Below are positions 7,301-15,243 of a stretch of 32,052 nucleotides of DNA, one piece after another. Under the pieces are notes generated by a model. The model was not told the DNA's origin. It did no database searches and was given only the letters and a program-made list of their open reading frames with translations. Source of the stretch: Dehalococcoidia bacterium (GTDB lineage Bacteria > Chloroflexota > Dehalococcoidia > SZUA-161); assembly GCA_034409195.1 (NCBI GenBank), contig DAOUMT010000071.1, forward strand, positions 1 to 32,052. The letters are read 5' to 3'. The first letter of the stretch is position 1. Every line of letters starts with the position of its first letter. The position numbers were made by a program, and so were the translations under genes.

Positions 7301-8026
7301 ATGGACAACATTGAACTGGATGCTCAAAAGCGCGACTTGCTGGGCAAGAAGGTAAGATTCCTGCGCCGTAAAGGGATCACGCCTGTCAGCTTCTACGGAC
7401 ATGGCATAGAATCATCTGCCCTGCAAATCGAGACCTCTGCACTTAGAAAAGCTCTGGCTAAGGCAGGCAAAACCAGCCTTGTCTCTTTGAAGATAGGAAG
7501 CTCGAAGCACACTCAGATGGCTGTTGTCCGGGAAATACAGCGAGACCCAGTGAAAGGGGATCTGCTCCACGTCGACTTCTATCAGGTAAGGATGGACCAG
7601 AAGCTAAAGATCGAGGTCCCGCTGGTGCTCACGGGCAAGGCCCCCGCCGTGAAAGAGTTTGCCGGGATACTGGTACAGGAATTAAGCTCTATCGAAGTAG
7701 AATGCCTTCCCGCTAATATGCCTCACAGCATAGAGGCTGACGTCTCTGGTCTGGCGCAGCTAGACCAGGCTCTACATGTTAAAGACCTCCACGTTGGCGA
7801 TGGTGTGGCCATCATAACCGACCAGGGAAAAGTGGTAGCCAAGGTCGCCCGCGCCCGCATTGAGGTAGTGGAAGAAGTCGCAGCGCCTGCTGCTGAAGCT
7901 GAGGTTGCAGTGGAAGGGGAGGCAGAAGAAGCCAAGGCTGAGGAAAAACCTGCTGCCGAATCAGAGAAGAAAGCGCCAGCCTCGGAGAAGAAACAGCCAG
8001 CCTCAGAGAAAAAGCCGGCAGCTTAG
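7301..8026 (+). CDS. rplY: 50S ribosomal protein L25 / general stress protein Ctc (long form)
   Basis: 241 aa with an N-terminal L25 domain (RKGITPVSFYGHGIESSALQIE..., LLHVDFYQV) plus the Ctc-type second domain. It ends in an Ala/Glu/Lys-rich tail with PASEKK repeats. Confidence 0.9.
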   Translation: MDNIELDAQKRDLLGKKVRFLRRKGITPVSFYGHGIESSALQIETSALRKALAKAGKTSLVSLKIGSSKHTQMAVVREIQRDPVKGDLLHVDFYQVRMDQKLKIEVPLVLTGKAPAVKEFAGILVQELSSIEVECLPANMPHSIEADVSGLAQLDQALHVKDLHVGDGVAIITDQGKVVAKVARARIEVVEEVAAPAAEAEVAVEGEAEEAKAEEKPAAESEKKAPASEKKQPASEKKPAA

Positions 8027-8028
8027 CA

Positions 8029-8976
8029 TCAACCTTTGTTGCCTAAAATGCTCCCCACAAAGGTCCTCTGTCCCGATAGGAACTCTGCTGCCGTTAAAAC
8101 ACGTTTTCCTTCTAGCTGAACGCGTAACAGCCCTAAAACGCCGTCTCCGGTTTCGACGCCGGCAACTGCAGGCTGACCCGGGGCTAAAGCTACCACTCTC
8201 CCCGGAAGCAATTCTCCATTTTTATGCAAAGCAACTGCCTCCAGTATCTTCAACAGCTTTCCCTGCCACCAGGTATAGCATCCGGGCCAGGGACAAAAGG
8301 CACGGACCCGCCGCGATAGTTCTTCGGCAGTCATCTGCCAGTTTATGACGCCGTCCTCCTTGGTTATGGGAGTAGTATAAGTAGCCTTACTCCCGTCCTG
8401 CGGCTCCGTCTTCAAAGAACGTTCGAACCATAAGGGCAGTGTCTCAGCCAACACACGCACGCCGGCCTGAGCGAGCCTGTTGCTGAGTGACTCGGTGGTA
8501 TCCTGGGGCTCGATCCCGACTATAATCTGGGAAACGATAGGCCCGGTATCCAATCCGGTATCCATGAGCATGATAGTGACACCCGTCTCCTTATCTCCGC
8601 CCAGGATGGCAGAAGGTATAGGAGTAGCGCCCCTGTATTTCGGCAAAAGGGAGGGGTGGATATTCAGACAGCCGAAGGGCGGCATGTCGAGGATACTCTG
8701 AGGCAGGATTCGACCGAAGGCAGCCACTAGTATCAGGTCGGGTTTGAGCGCAGCCAGGTGCTGCACTTCATCAGTATCTCGCAGTCCGACCGGCTGAAAT
8801 ACCTCCAAACCGTGTTCCAGCGCCACCTTCTTCACCGGGGAATGCTCCAGCGTTCGACCTCGGCCAGTCGGCCTGTCGGGCTGGGTATAGACCCCGACCA
8901 CCCGATACTCGCTCTTAACGAGGTACTCCAGAGCAGGTACGCTGAACTCAGGTGTCCCCATGAAAACAATGCGCAT
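8029..8976 (-). CDS. fmt: Methionyl-tRNA formyltransferase
   Basis: MRIVFMGTPEFSVPALEYL..., HPSLLPKYRGATPI. The track ORF starts 12 codons upstream. ATG 8976 has AGAGG 7 nt upstream and gives the canonical N-terminus. Confidence 0.93.
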   Translation of the reverse strand: MRIVFMGTPEFSVPALEYLVKSEYRVVGVYTQPDRPTGRGRTLEHSPVKKVALEHGLEVFQPVGLRDTDEVQHLAALKPDLILVAAFGRILPQSILDMPPFGCLNIHPSLLPKYRGATPIPSAILGGDKETGVTIMLMDTGLDTGPIVSQIIVGIEPQDTTESLSNRLAQAGVRVLAETLPLWFERSLKTEPQDGSKATYTTPITKEDGVINWQMTAEELSRRVRAFCPWPGCYTWWQGKLLKILEAVALHKNGELLPGRVVALAPGQPAVAGVETGDGVLGLLRVQLEGKRVLTAAEFLSGQRTFVGSILGNKG

Positions 8977-9000
8977 ATTAGACCTCTTTCGGCACCTGAT

Positions 9001-9009
9001 ATTGTACCA
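9001..9009 (-). promoter_or_regulatory. Extended -10 element (TGG-TACAAT) upstream of fmt
   Basis: The minus strand reads ...CATGTGGTACAATATCAGG..., ending ~25 nt before ATG 8976. No good -35. It lies downstream of the terminator at 9046-9083. Confidence 0.3.
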
Positions 9010-9045
9010 CATGCAGGAGGCGTTCGGCTGAACGACAACCTATCC

Positions 9046-9083
9046 ATAAAAATGCAGGGGCATCCTTCTGCGAAGGATGCCCC
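9046..9083 (-). terminator. Rho-independent terminator after the MenA-like gene (12-bp perfect stem + T tract); also a member of the REP-like hairpin family
   Basis: GGGGCATCCTTC (9057-9068) / tgc / GAAGGATGCCCC (9072-9083). On the minus strand the stem is followed by TGCATTTTTATGG. It sits 25 nt after the stop at 9109. Confidence 0.6.
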
Positions 9084-9108
9084 TAAAAGACGACGAACAG
9101 TCTTAGCT

Positions 9109-10008
9109 CTAACCGTATATGATGCCGATAGCCATCAGCGTGGGGAAGAGAAGTGTGAGCAGCACATTACGTGCCATAACCGGAATCAGGCGCTCTATCT
9201 GATCGTGGTATTTGCGTACCCCCATCACTACCAGTAACCCGAAAGGCAGAGTCACTACGCCCAGCAGCGCCAAATAGGGTAAAATCCCTATCAGCACAGA
9301 GATTATCAGCGCCAGATATGCCGCCAGCACAAAGGCCATGTAAATCAAGGAACTCTTCTCACGTCCTATGGTTATGGGGTAGTGCCGCCTGAATACAGAG
9401 GCATCCGCCTCAACATCGGGGAATTGATTGAGCAGGAGCAGGTTGCTCACCAGGAAACCGGGGACAAGAGATGCCAGCACCGCTGCCAGGCTATACGTCC
9501 CCGTGAGAGCAAAATACGTGCCCAAAACCATCAAAGGCCCGAAGCCGAGACCCGGCGCAATAACACACAGTAAGGGCGACTTCGTTATATGAGTGGTATA
9601 AAAGTAAACAACTAGAATACCTACAACACCTATGGGAATTATCAGAGGGCCCTGAGCATATATGAAATAGCCACCGATAGCGATAATAGCAGCGACACAT
9701 GCGGCACCCAGTATATATACACTCCGCGGATTGAGCCGTCCGGCCGGCAGCACACCGCTGCCTCCGCTGAAAGGCGTCTTCATAGTCTTGAAGTCCACGC
9801 CACTCTTGTAGTCGAAGTACTCATTGAAAACATTGACGGCTATGTGGGATAGCAAAGCGCCCACAAAAGCCAGCGCAAGATAGAGCATATTTATGGAATG
9901 CGAATGTGGTTCATAGACTGCAACTGACGCGCCTACCAGTACCGATATCAGCGCTACCAGAAGGAACGGAGCCCTTATCTGCATGAGCCAAGTTTTTACA
10001 CTCGCCAT
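9109..10008 (-). CDS. UbiA-superfamily prenyltransferase, MenA-like (1,4-dihydroxy-2-naphthoate polyprenyltransferase family)
   Basis: 299 aa, polytopic. First Asp-rich motif NVFNEYFDYKSGVD, second motif NQFPDVEADASVFRRHYPITIG. Strong SD AAGAGGAGGATGAA-ATG. Confidence 0.8.
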   Translation of the reverse strand: MASVKTWLMQIRAPFLLVALISVLVGASVAVYEPHSHSINMLYLALAFVGALLSHIAVNVFNEYFDYKSGVDFKTMKTPFSGGSGVLPAGRLNPRSVYILGAACVAAIIAIGGYFIYAQGPLIIPIGVVGILVVYFYTTHITKSPLLCVIAPGLGFGPLMVLGTYFALTGTYSLAAVLASLVPGFLVSNLLLLNQFPDVEADASVFRRHYPITIGREKSSLIYMAFVLAAYLALIISVLIGILPYLALLGVVTLPFGLLVVMGVRKYHDQIERLIPVMARNVLLTLLFPTLMAIGIIYG

Positions 10009-10068
10009 TTCATCCTCCTCTTTAACTATGTTTCCAGTTTATGCAGCCGATATACCGAACAGACCAAC

Positions 10069-10293
10069 TTACGCCGATGAAAGCCTGACGCTGAGTATGC
10101 AGAGAATCACGAACACCACGATGAGTACAATTGTAAAACGGAACAAAGACCTCTCGAAGCCACGCCTGGTCCTGAACGTGGACTCACCCGACCCGCCGAA
10201 TATGCCACTTAACCCGCCTCCGCGTATCTGAGCCAAGACAACAATAACCAGCGTCACGGAAATAATTATCAAAGCAATTTGTACAGGTGTCAT
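10069..10293 (-). CDS. secG: Preprotein translocase subunit SecG
   Basis: 74 aa, two TM segments flanking the Gly-rich loop GGGLSGIFGGSGESTF typical of SecG. Confidence 0.85.
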   Translation of the reverse strand: MTPVQIALIIISVTLVIVVLAQIRGGGLSGIFGGSGESTFRTRRGFERSLFRFTIVLIVVFVILCILSVRLSSA

Positions 10294-10309
10294 GTTATTA
10301 CCTCAACAG

Positions 10310-11776
10310 CTAATTTGCATTCAGCTTCTTTCTCAAAAGTTCATTCACCATCTGGGGGTTCGCTTGTCCCCTGGTCGCCTTCATTACCTGACCCACCAGG
10401 AATTTTAAGGCTTGCTCCTTACCCTGTTTGAAATCGGCCACGGCTTGCGAGTTCGCCTCAATCACCTGGCCCAGGACCGACTCCAACTCATTGGTGGTGC
10501 TGATTTGAGCCAGCCCTTTTTCCTTCACGACCTGAGATGCGCTCTTTCCACTGCGGAACATCTCCTCGAATACCGTCTTCGCCATCGTAGTGCTCAGAGT
10601 CCCTTTATCTATAAGGTCAAGCATCTCTACAAGATGCTGCGGCGTGACCTTAGCATCCTTTATCTCGATATTAGTGGCATTAAGCAACCTGCTGAACTCC
10701 CCCAGCAGCCAGTTAGCCACTGTCTTCGCCCTCTTCTCAGCTTCTGCGCCCTGAGGCAAGAGCTTGAGGCAGGTCTCAAAGTAATCTGCCATCGCCCTAG
10801 AAACAGTGAGCAGGTTGGCATCATATCTCGATAGGCTGTATTGAGAGATAAACCTTTCGCGCCTGGCATCGGGAAGCTCAGGGAGGCGAGACCTTATCTC
10901 ATCCACGAATTTCCGGCTCAACTCCAGAGGCGGCAGGTCCGGCTCCGGGAAATAGCGGTAGTCGTGAGCATATTCTTTGCTTCTCTGGGAGACGGTTGCG
11001 CCTTTCTCCTCTACCCAGCCCCTGGTCTCCTGCACCAGCTTACCGCGCTCCTCGGCGACCTTGCGCTGCCTCTCCACCTCGTAGGTCAGGGCCCGGTACA
11101 CAGCTTTGAAGCTATTCATGTTCTTAACTTCGACCTTGGGCATGAACTCGGTGGTGCCGGCGGGCCTTATGCTTACGTTAGCGTCACAGCGGAAGCTGCC
11201 CTCTTCCATGTTGCCTGTGCACACCCCCAGGTATTGCAGGATACTGCGCAGCTTCATCAGGTACTCACGCGCCTCCTCTGGAGAACGCATGTCGGGCTCG
11301 CTTACAATCTCCATCAGAGGCACGCCGGAGCGATTGACGTCCACCAAGCTGTAGCTCTCTCCGGTTGGGTCGGTGCGATGGAAGAGCTTGGCTACATCTT
11401 CCTCCTGATGCACTCTGGTGATGCCGATGCGCCTGCTTTTGCCATCTACTTCGATGGTAAGCCACCCGTTGCGGGAAAGCGGGTTATCGTACTGGGAAAT
11501 CTGATACCCCTTCATCAAATCAGGGTAGTGATAGTTCTTGCGGTCGAACCTGGTATGCTCAGGTATAGTGCAGTTCAGCGCCAGGGCGGTCATCACAGCG
11601 TACTCTATAGCCTTTTTGTTGATGGTAGGCAGCACGCCGGGCATGCCCAGGCAGATGGGGCAGACATGTGTATTGGGCGGAGCGCTGGCATAGTCTGCGC
11701 TGCAGCGGCAAAACATCTTGCTCTTCGTCAGGAGCTGAGCATGAACCTCCAGCCCGATGATAGTCTCGTATTCCAT
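10310..11776 (-). CDS. gatB: Asp-tRNA(Asn)/Glu-tRNA(Gln) amidotransferase subunit B
   Basis: 488 aa. MEYETIIGLEVHAQLLTKSKMFC.C..., ...NRSGVPLMEIVSEPD..., and a C-terminal YqeY-like tail ..GQVMKATRGQANP. Confidence 0.95.
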   Translation of the reverse strand: MEYETIIGLEVHAQLLTKSKMFCRCSADYASAPPNTHVCPICLGMPGVLPTINKKAIEYAVMTALALNCTIPEHTRFDRKNYHYPDLMKGYQISQYDNPLSRNGWLTIEVDGKSRRIGITRVHQEEDVAKLFHRTDPTGESYSLVDVNRSGVPLMEIVSEPDMRSPEEAREYLMKLRSILQYLGVCTGNMEEGSFRCDANVSIRPAGTTEFMPKVEVKNMNSFKAVYRALTYEVERQRKVAEERGKLVQETRGWVEEKGATVSQRSKEYAHDYRYFPEPDLPPLELSRKFVDEIRSRLPELPDARRERFISQYSLSRYDANLLTVSRAMADYFETCLKLLPQGAEAEKRAKTVANWLLGEFSRLLNATNIEIKDAKVTPQHLVEMLDLIDKGTLSTTMAKTVFEEMFRSGKSASQVVKEKGLAQISTTNELESVLGQVIEANSQAVADFKQGKEQALKFLVGQVMKATRGQANPQMVNELLRKKLNAN

Positions 11777-11915
11777 CTGTATTTCCCGTTAGCGCACTTC
11801 CAAATAGTATATCAATGTCAGAGCAGAGTGGCAAGTTTAACTCGAAGGGTATAGCACAGCCCTAGATTTCAGAGCCTTAAAAATATTGGCAAAAAAATGG
11901 CTTTAGAGCTTTCTC

Positions 11916-12251
11916 TCAGACAGGTACAATCTTCTCAAGCTCGGCAATCAATGGAGGCAAATCTTCGGTGACTGTTTTCCACAGGATATCGAGGTTGATA
12001 TCATAATAAGCATGAATAAGTCGGTTTCTCATACCAATGACGCTCGTCCAGGGGATTTGCGGCAGTTCCTGACGGGTTTCCAGAGTTACTTTGGCAGCAG
12101 CTTCACCCATTATCTCGATTGATTTGACAAGAGCAAGTGTCAGCTTTCGGTCTTTGTTAAGAGAGCTTCTGCGTTTGTTTTGCGCGAACGAAGCCGCTTC
12201 TCGGGCTGCATCAAGCATATGGCGTATGCGTATTGAGTCATCTTTCCGCAT
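11916..12251 (-). CDS. hepT: HepT-type (DUF86/HEPN) toxin of a type VII toxin-antitoxin pair
   Basis: 111 aa with the HEPN R-x4-H-x-Y motif ([11 protein letters not shown]). It overlaps the upstream nucleotidyltransferase gene by 14 nt. Confidence 0.85.
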   Translation of the reverse strand: MRKDDSIRIRHMLDAAREAASFAQNKRRSSLNKDRKLTLALVKSIEIMGEAAAKVTLETRQELPQIPWTSVIGMRNRLIHAYYDINLDILWKTVTEDLPPLIAELEKIVPV

Positions 12252-12543
12252 ACTGCACCTCTGCCGAGTCGTAGACCTCCTGCCTGAAGTAACGGCTTAA
12301 GTCCTGCGGTGTCCTCAAATCAACCTTTCGTCCCAGGATTTCTGAAAGCTCATTTTCCATACCAGCCAGCTTGATCAGCCCCGGCACATGCTCGGGGTCA
12401 AATTCAACAAGAAAATCAATATCGCTGTCGGACCGATAATCCCCTTGTTGAACCGAGCCGAAGAGCGCCAATCGCCGAATATGGTTTCGCTTACAGAATT
12501 CCGCTAGTTTATCCTTGGGTAAATCAATGCGTGCTTTGTTCAT
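12238..12543 (-). CDS. mntA: MntA-type minimal nucleotidyltransferase antitoxin
   Basis: 101 aa with [20 protein letters not shown] (the G-S-x10-D-x-D polymerase-beta-like NTase motif). Confidence 0.85.
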   Translation of the reverse strand: MNKARIDLPKDKLAEFCKRNHIRRLALFGSVQQGDYRSDSDIDFLVEFDPEHVPGLIKLAGMENELSEILGRKVDLRTPQDLSRYFRQEVYDSAEVQYAER

Positions 12544-12708
12544 TGCCTAAACTCAACTGTTTTAAAGCTGGGTCTCCTTGCCATGTGCCTGCTTCTTCTC
12601 TCATCGCATCCGGTATCAACTCCGTCACGAGGATTCTAGCACTAGACAGATTCTCAGTCAACGAAACAAGAAAAGGGGCGCTAGAATACTGACACTATGC
12701 TCAAGTTT

Positions 12709-12773
12709 GGGCAGACACATGGGTCTGCCCCTACGAGTTTATGTAAACAACATGCTTCGACAGAGGTAGGGGC
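12709..12773. repeat. REP-like hairpin (GGGCAGAC-acatgg-GTCTGCCC + CTAC) plus an inverted GTAGGGGC head 32 nt away
   Basis: Read directly: stem 12709-12716 / 12723-12730. GCCCCTAC at 12727-12734 is the reverse complement of GTAGGGGC at 12766-12773. Confidence 0.4.
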
Positions 12774-12855
12774 GCAGTTGATAATGACAGCAGCAGAGTG
12801 GTACAAAGAGGGGGGAAAATACCGAAGAGTATCTCCTGATTTTTCCAGTGAAAAC

Positions 12856-12872
12856 AGTTATATACAATAACT
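12856..12872. promoter_or_regulatory. Palindrome AGTTAT-ataca-ATAACT upstream of the ZIP transporter gene (candidate metalloregulator box)
   Basis: 6-bp arms read directly, in an AT-rich context 58 nt upstream of ATG 12930. Zur/Fur-family boxes are AT-rich palindromes containing TTAT/ATAA cores. Confidence 0.3.
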
Positions 12873-12929
12873 ATGAAAATGGTTATATTATCACATACTA
12901 GCGAAGGATGCGGGTTAGAATAAGACATA

Positions 12930-13670
12930 ATGAATCCCCTGCCTATCATTTTTAGTGCGATTACTTTTGTATCAACTCTGTCAGGCGGTCTGGTAGCTGC
13001 CCGGTTCAGAAATAGATTCGGCATTATCGCTGCGTTCGCTTCAGGCGTGCTGATAGCCGTGCCCCTCTTTGATTTGCTACCGGAGAGCCTCAAGCTGGCT
13101 GTAGATATTAATATGCCTCTGGAACGGCTGATGTACGCGGCAGCTGCGGGGTTTGTGTCTCTATACATCCTGGAGCGATATTTCTCGGTCCATCATGTCT
13201 GTGAGGGCGAGGTCTGCCAGAACGTAAGACATCCTAAGGGAGGTATATTCGGCGCTGCGGAGCTTTCCGCTCACAGCTTTGTGGATGGGTTTGCCATCGG
13301 CCTAGGTTTTCATTTAAATGTCCACGTCGGCATCATTGTTGCCGTGGCGGTTATCTCGCATGACTTTTCCGATGGCATGAACACCTTTACGGTGATGCTG
13401 AATGCGGGCAATTCCTTGAAAGCATCTCTGAGAATGCTGCTTCTGGATGCGACAACCCCCGTTTTAGGTGCGTTGTCCACGCTGTTTTTCACTGTACCGG
13501 AGCGCTATCTTGTTCTTATTCTCCCATTTTTTGCCGGAAGCTTTCTCTATCTCGGCGCCAGCGAGCTTCTGCCGGAGGCACATCAGAAAAATCCACCCCT
13601 CATTTCACTGGTGGCGACACTCAGCGGATTCTTACTGATTTTCATCATAATCAGGTTTCTGCAAATCTAA
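12930..13670 (+). CDS. ZIP-family divalent metal (zinc/iron) transporter, ZupT-like
   Basis: 246 aa, polytopic, with His/Asp metal motifs in TM segments (HSFVDGFAIG, ISHDFSDG) and a terminal ..GASELLPEA region. Confidence 0.85.
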   Translation: MNPLPIIFSAITFVSTLSGGLVAARFRNRFGIIAAFASGVLIAVPLFDLLPESLKLAVDINMPLERLMYAAAAGFVSLYILERYFSVHHVCEGEVCQNVRHPKGGIFGAAELSAHSFVDGFAIGLGFHLNVHVGIIVAVAVISHDFSDGMNTFTVMLNAGNSLKASLRMLLLDATTPVLGALSTLFFTVPERYLVLILPFFAGSFLYLGASELLPEAHQKNPPLISLVATLSGFLLIFIIIRFLQI

Positions 13671-13735
13671 ACAGGATATGCCCCGCGATTTTACACATTT
13701 GGGATAGTGATCTTTAAGAGAGGGATCTTTCGCCC

Positions 13736-14827
13736 TTACCAGTGTACATCGACTCTGGTGACGATACCCAGCGGCTCCCAATGATAATTACCCAGAATAG
13801 CTTGTAGAGCCTCTATCTGACTCCTCAGAACCTGCATCTGGTTGTAGGTAAGATGACCGGAATTGTATAAAGCAATCTTCGCTTCGTAATTAGCCCACTC
13901 CTGCGTCCACTGCTCATAGAACGCGTAATCGAAAGAGGTAGCCTTATCCAGCGATATGAGGCCATACTGTTGCCCCACTTCTATATAAGCTACCTTGTCG
14001 TACTCTGCATAGGCATCTTGACCGTCCAGATTGCTGCCAAAGGTGGGAGCCTGGAACCCGGGGCCTGTGCAGTCTATATAAACCAGGCCTCTATCTGTGG
14101 TATTGAAAGCGTCCAGAGCGTGTCCGGGCCCCTCTGTAAAATCAACACTGACATACGCGGTTTTTATCCCGGCTGCCTCTGCTCTGTTATGTAGCATAGC
14201 AGCGAAGTCAGCACATACAAATGAACCTGGGATGTAGATGTGGGAATTAGTGTCGTCATTCATGATGAACTGTTTGACCTGCGCCCATGTTACATCGACT
14301 GTCTGAGGATTCTCCTGGAGCCTGATAGGACTGCCGTTACCGCCTACGGCATTCAGCACATCGAAGACCTGAGTGTAATAGACCTTATTACCTACAACAG
14401 CCACGCCGACGCCCGTCGCCCTCGCCTCGCTCCTGAGCATGGCATCTCTGAGCTCGCTGTTTTTATAGCAGTATTCCACTTGGTCTTGAGCGGTGCCTTC
14501 AACGAGCCTGGGCGAGCTACCTGAATAGGAGACCCACCACGAATTATGCAGCAGATAGTGAAGCTCGGTGGAATTTTCCAAGTCCTGAGAAAACTGGCTG
14601 GCTGCGAATTGTCTGGCCAATGCATCTAAAGCAGGGTCCCTGGTCAGTACGGTAAGGCCGTTATCCTGCCTGAGGTTATTGACTTGAGTGTATATGCCAT
14701 CCTCCACTTCCGATGTGGTGACCGCAGATGCTACGCAGGAGGACAGAATCGCCACGCCGAATGCGATGATTAAGAGGCAGGAGAGAAGTAATACTAATCG
14801 TTTATTCATCGATTTTTTTATGAACAC
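13736..14827 (-). CDS. Secreted lipoprotein with an N-terminal CAP/SCP(YkwD)-like domain and a C-terminal papain/transglutaminase-like Cys-His-Asp core
   Basis: GTG start with GGTGGG 8 nt upstream. Signal peptide plus lipobox (..VAILSSC). IYTQVNNLRQDNGLTVLTRDPALDALARQFA resembles CAP-domain proteins. The C-terminal part has VCADFAAMLHN...GPGHALDAFN...LVYIDCTG (C, H, D spacing as in transglutaminase-like folds). Confidence 0.75.
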   Translation of the reverse strand: MFIKKSMNKRLVLLLSCLLIIAFGVAILSSCVASAVTTSEVEDGIYTQVNNLRQDNGLTVLTRDPALDALARQFAASQFSQDLENSTELHYLLHNSWWVSYSGSSPRLVEGTAQDQVEYCYKNSELRDAMLRSEARATGVGVAVVGNKVYYTQVFDVLNAVGGNGSPIRLQENPQTVDVTWAQVKQFIMNDDTNSHIYIPGSFVCADFAAMLHNRAEAAGIKTAYVSVDFTEGPGHALDAFNTTDRGLVYIDCTGPGFQAPTFGSNLDGQDAYAEYDKVAYIEVGQQYGLISLDKATSFDYAFYEQWTQEWANYEAKIALYNSGHLTYNQMQVLRSQIEALQAILGNYHWEPLGIVTRVDVHW

Positions 14828-14961
14828 TTTAAATTCCCACCATCAAATATGTTATCCTGACACTTTGTGAAGTGGAGGAATTTCGGAGACCCTCTGCTCA
14901 GTTCAGGGGGAACATCGGGACACCCCTACACTCAGCCCCAAGGATTTCGGCAACCTATGAA

Positions 14962-15005
14962 GGGGCATGGAACTCCATGCCCCTACGATTACAACTATAT
15001 ACCCG
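14962..15005. repeat. REP-like hairpin GGGGCATGG-aact-CCATGCCCC + TACGATTACAACTATATACC, a diverged copy of the 5' part of the 29049/29972 repeat
   Basis: Stem 14962-14970 / 14975-14983. The tail aligns with CCCCTACATTTACTCCTATATACC at 29067-29090. Confidence 0.45.
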
Positions 15006-15188
15006 CATTTTACTATCATACTATTTGTACGTCAACGTAATAATAGAGGTCGTTTAGTACTTCTTCAACCCCCCTTATCCTCCAATCTTGGGTGATTTCA
15101 GGTTTGTCCCGAATCTCGGGAAAACGCCGTCGGAAAGGGGAGACCCCTTCGCACTTCCCCCCCAGTAAGCAATCTTTAGCCCTTTCTA

Positions 15189-15218
15189 TAGACCGAGACA
15201 GACAGTTTGTGGTATATT
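15189..15218 (+). promoter_or_regulatory. Candidate pcm promoter TAGACC-18 nt-TGG-TATATT (extended -10)
   Basis: Read directly. The -10 at 15213-15218 is preceded by TGG. It lies 26 nt upstream of ATG 15244. Confidence 0.3.
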
Positions 15219-15243
15219 CCTGAAAGAAGACGAGGCTGTAATC

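Noticed and set aside
7905-8348. 147-aa + strand ORF overlapping the rplY tail and fmt
   Set aside because: It is an out-of-frame reading of the Lys/Glu-rich rplY tail, followed by antisense fmt. It is Arg/Gln/Pro-rich and low-complexity.
10841-11854. 337-aa + strand ORF
   Set aside because: It lies entirely antisense to gatB, whose identity is unambiguous. It has an Ala/Leu/His-rich composition typical of antisense frames.
12731-13168. 145-aa minus-strand ORF
   Set aside because: It overlaps the 5' end of the ZIP transporter gene in antisense and runs through repeat DNA.
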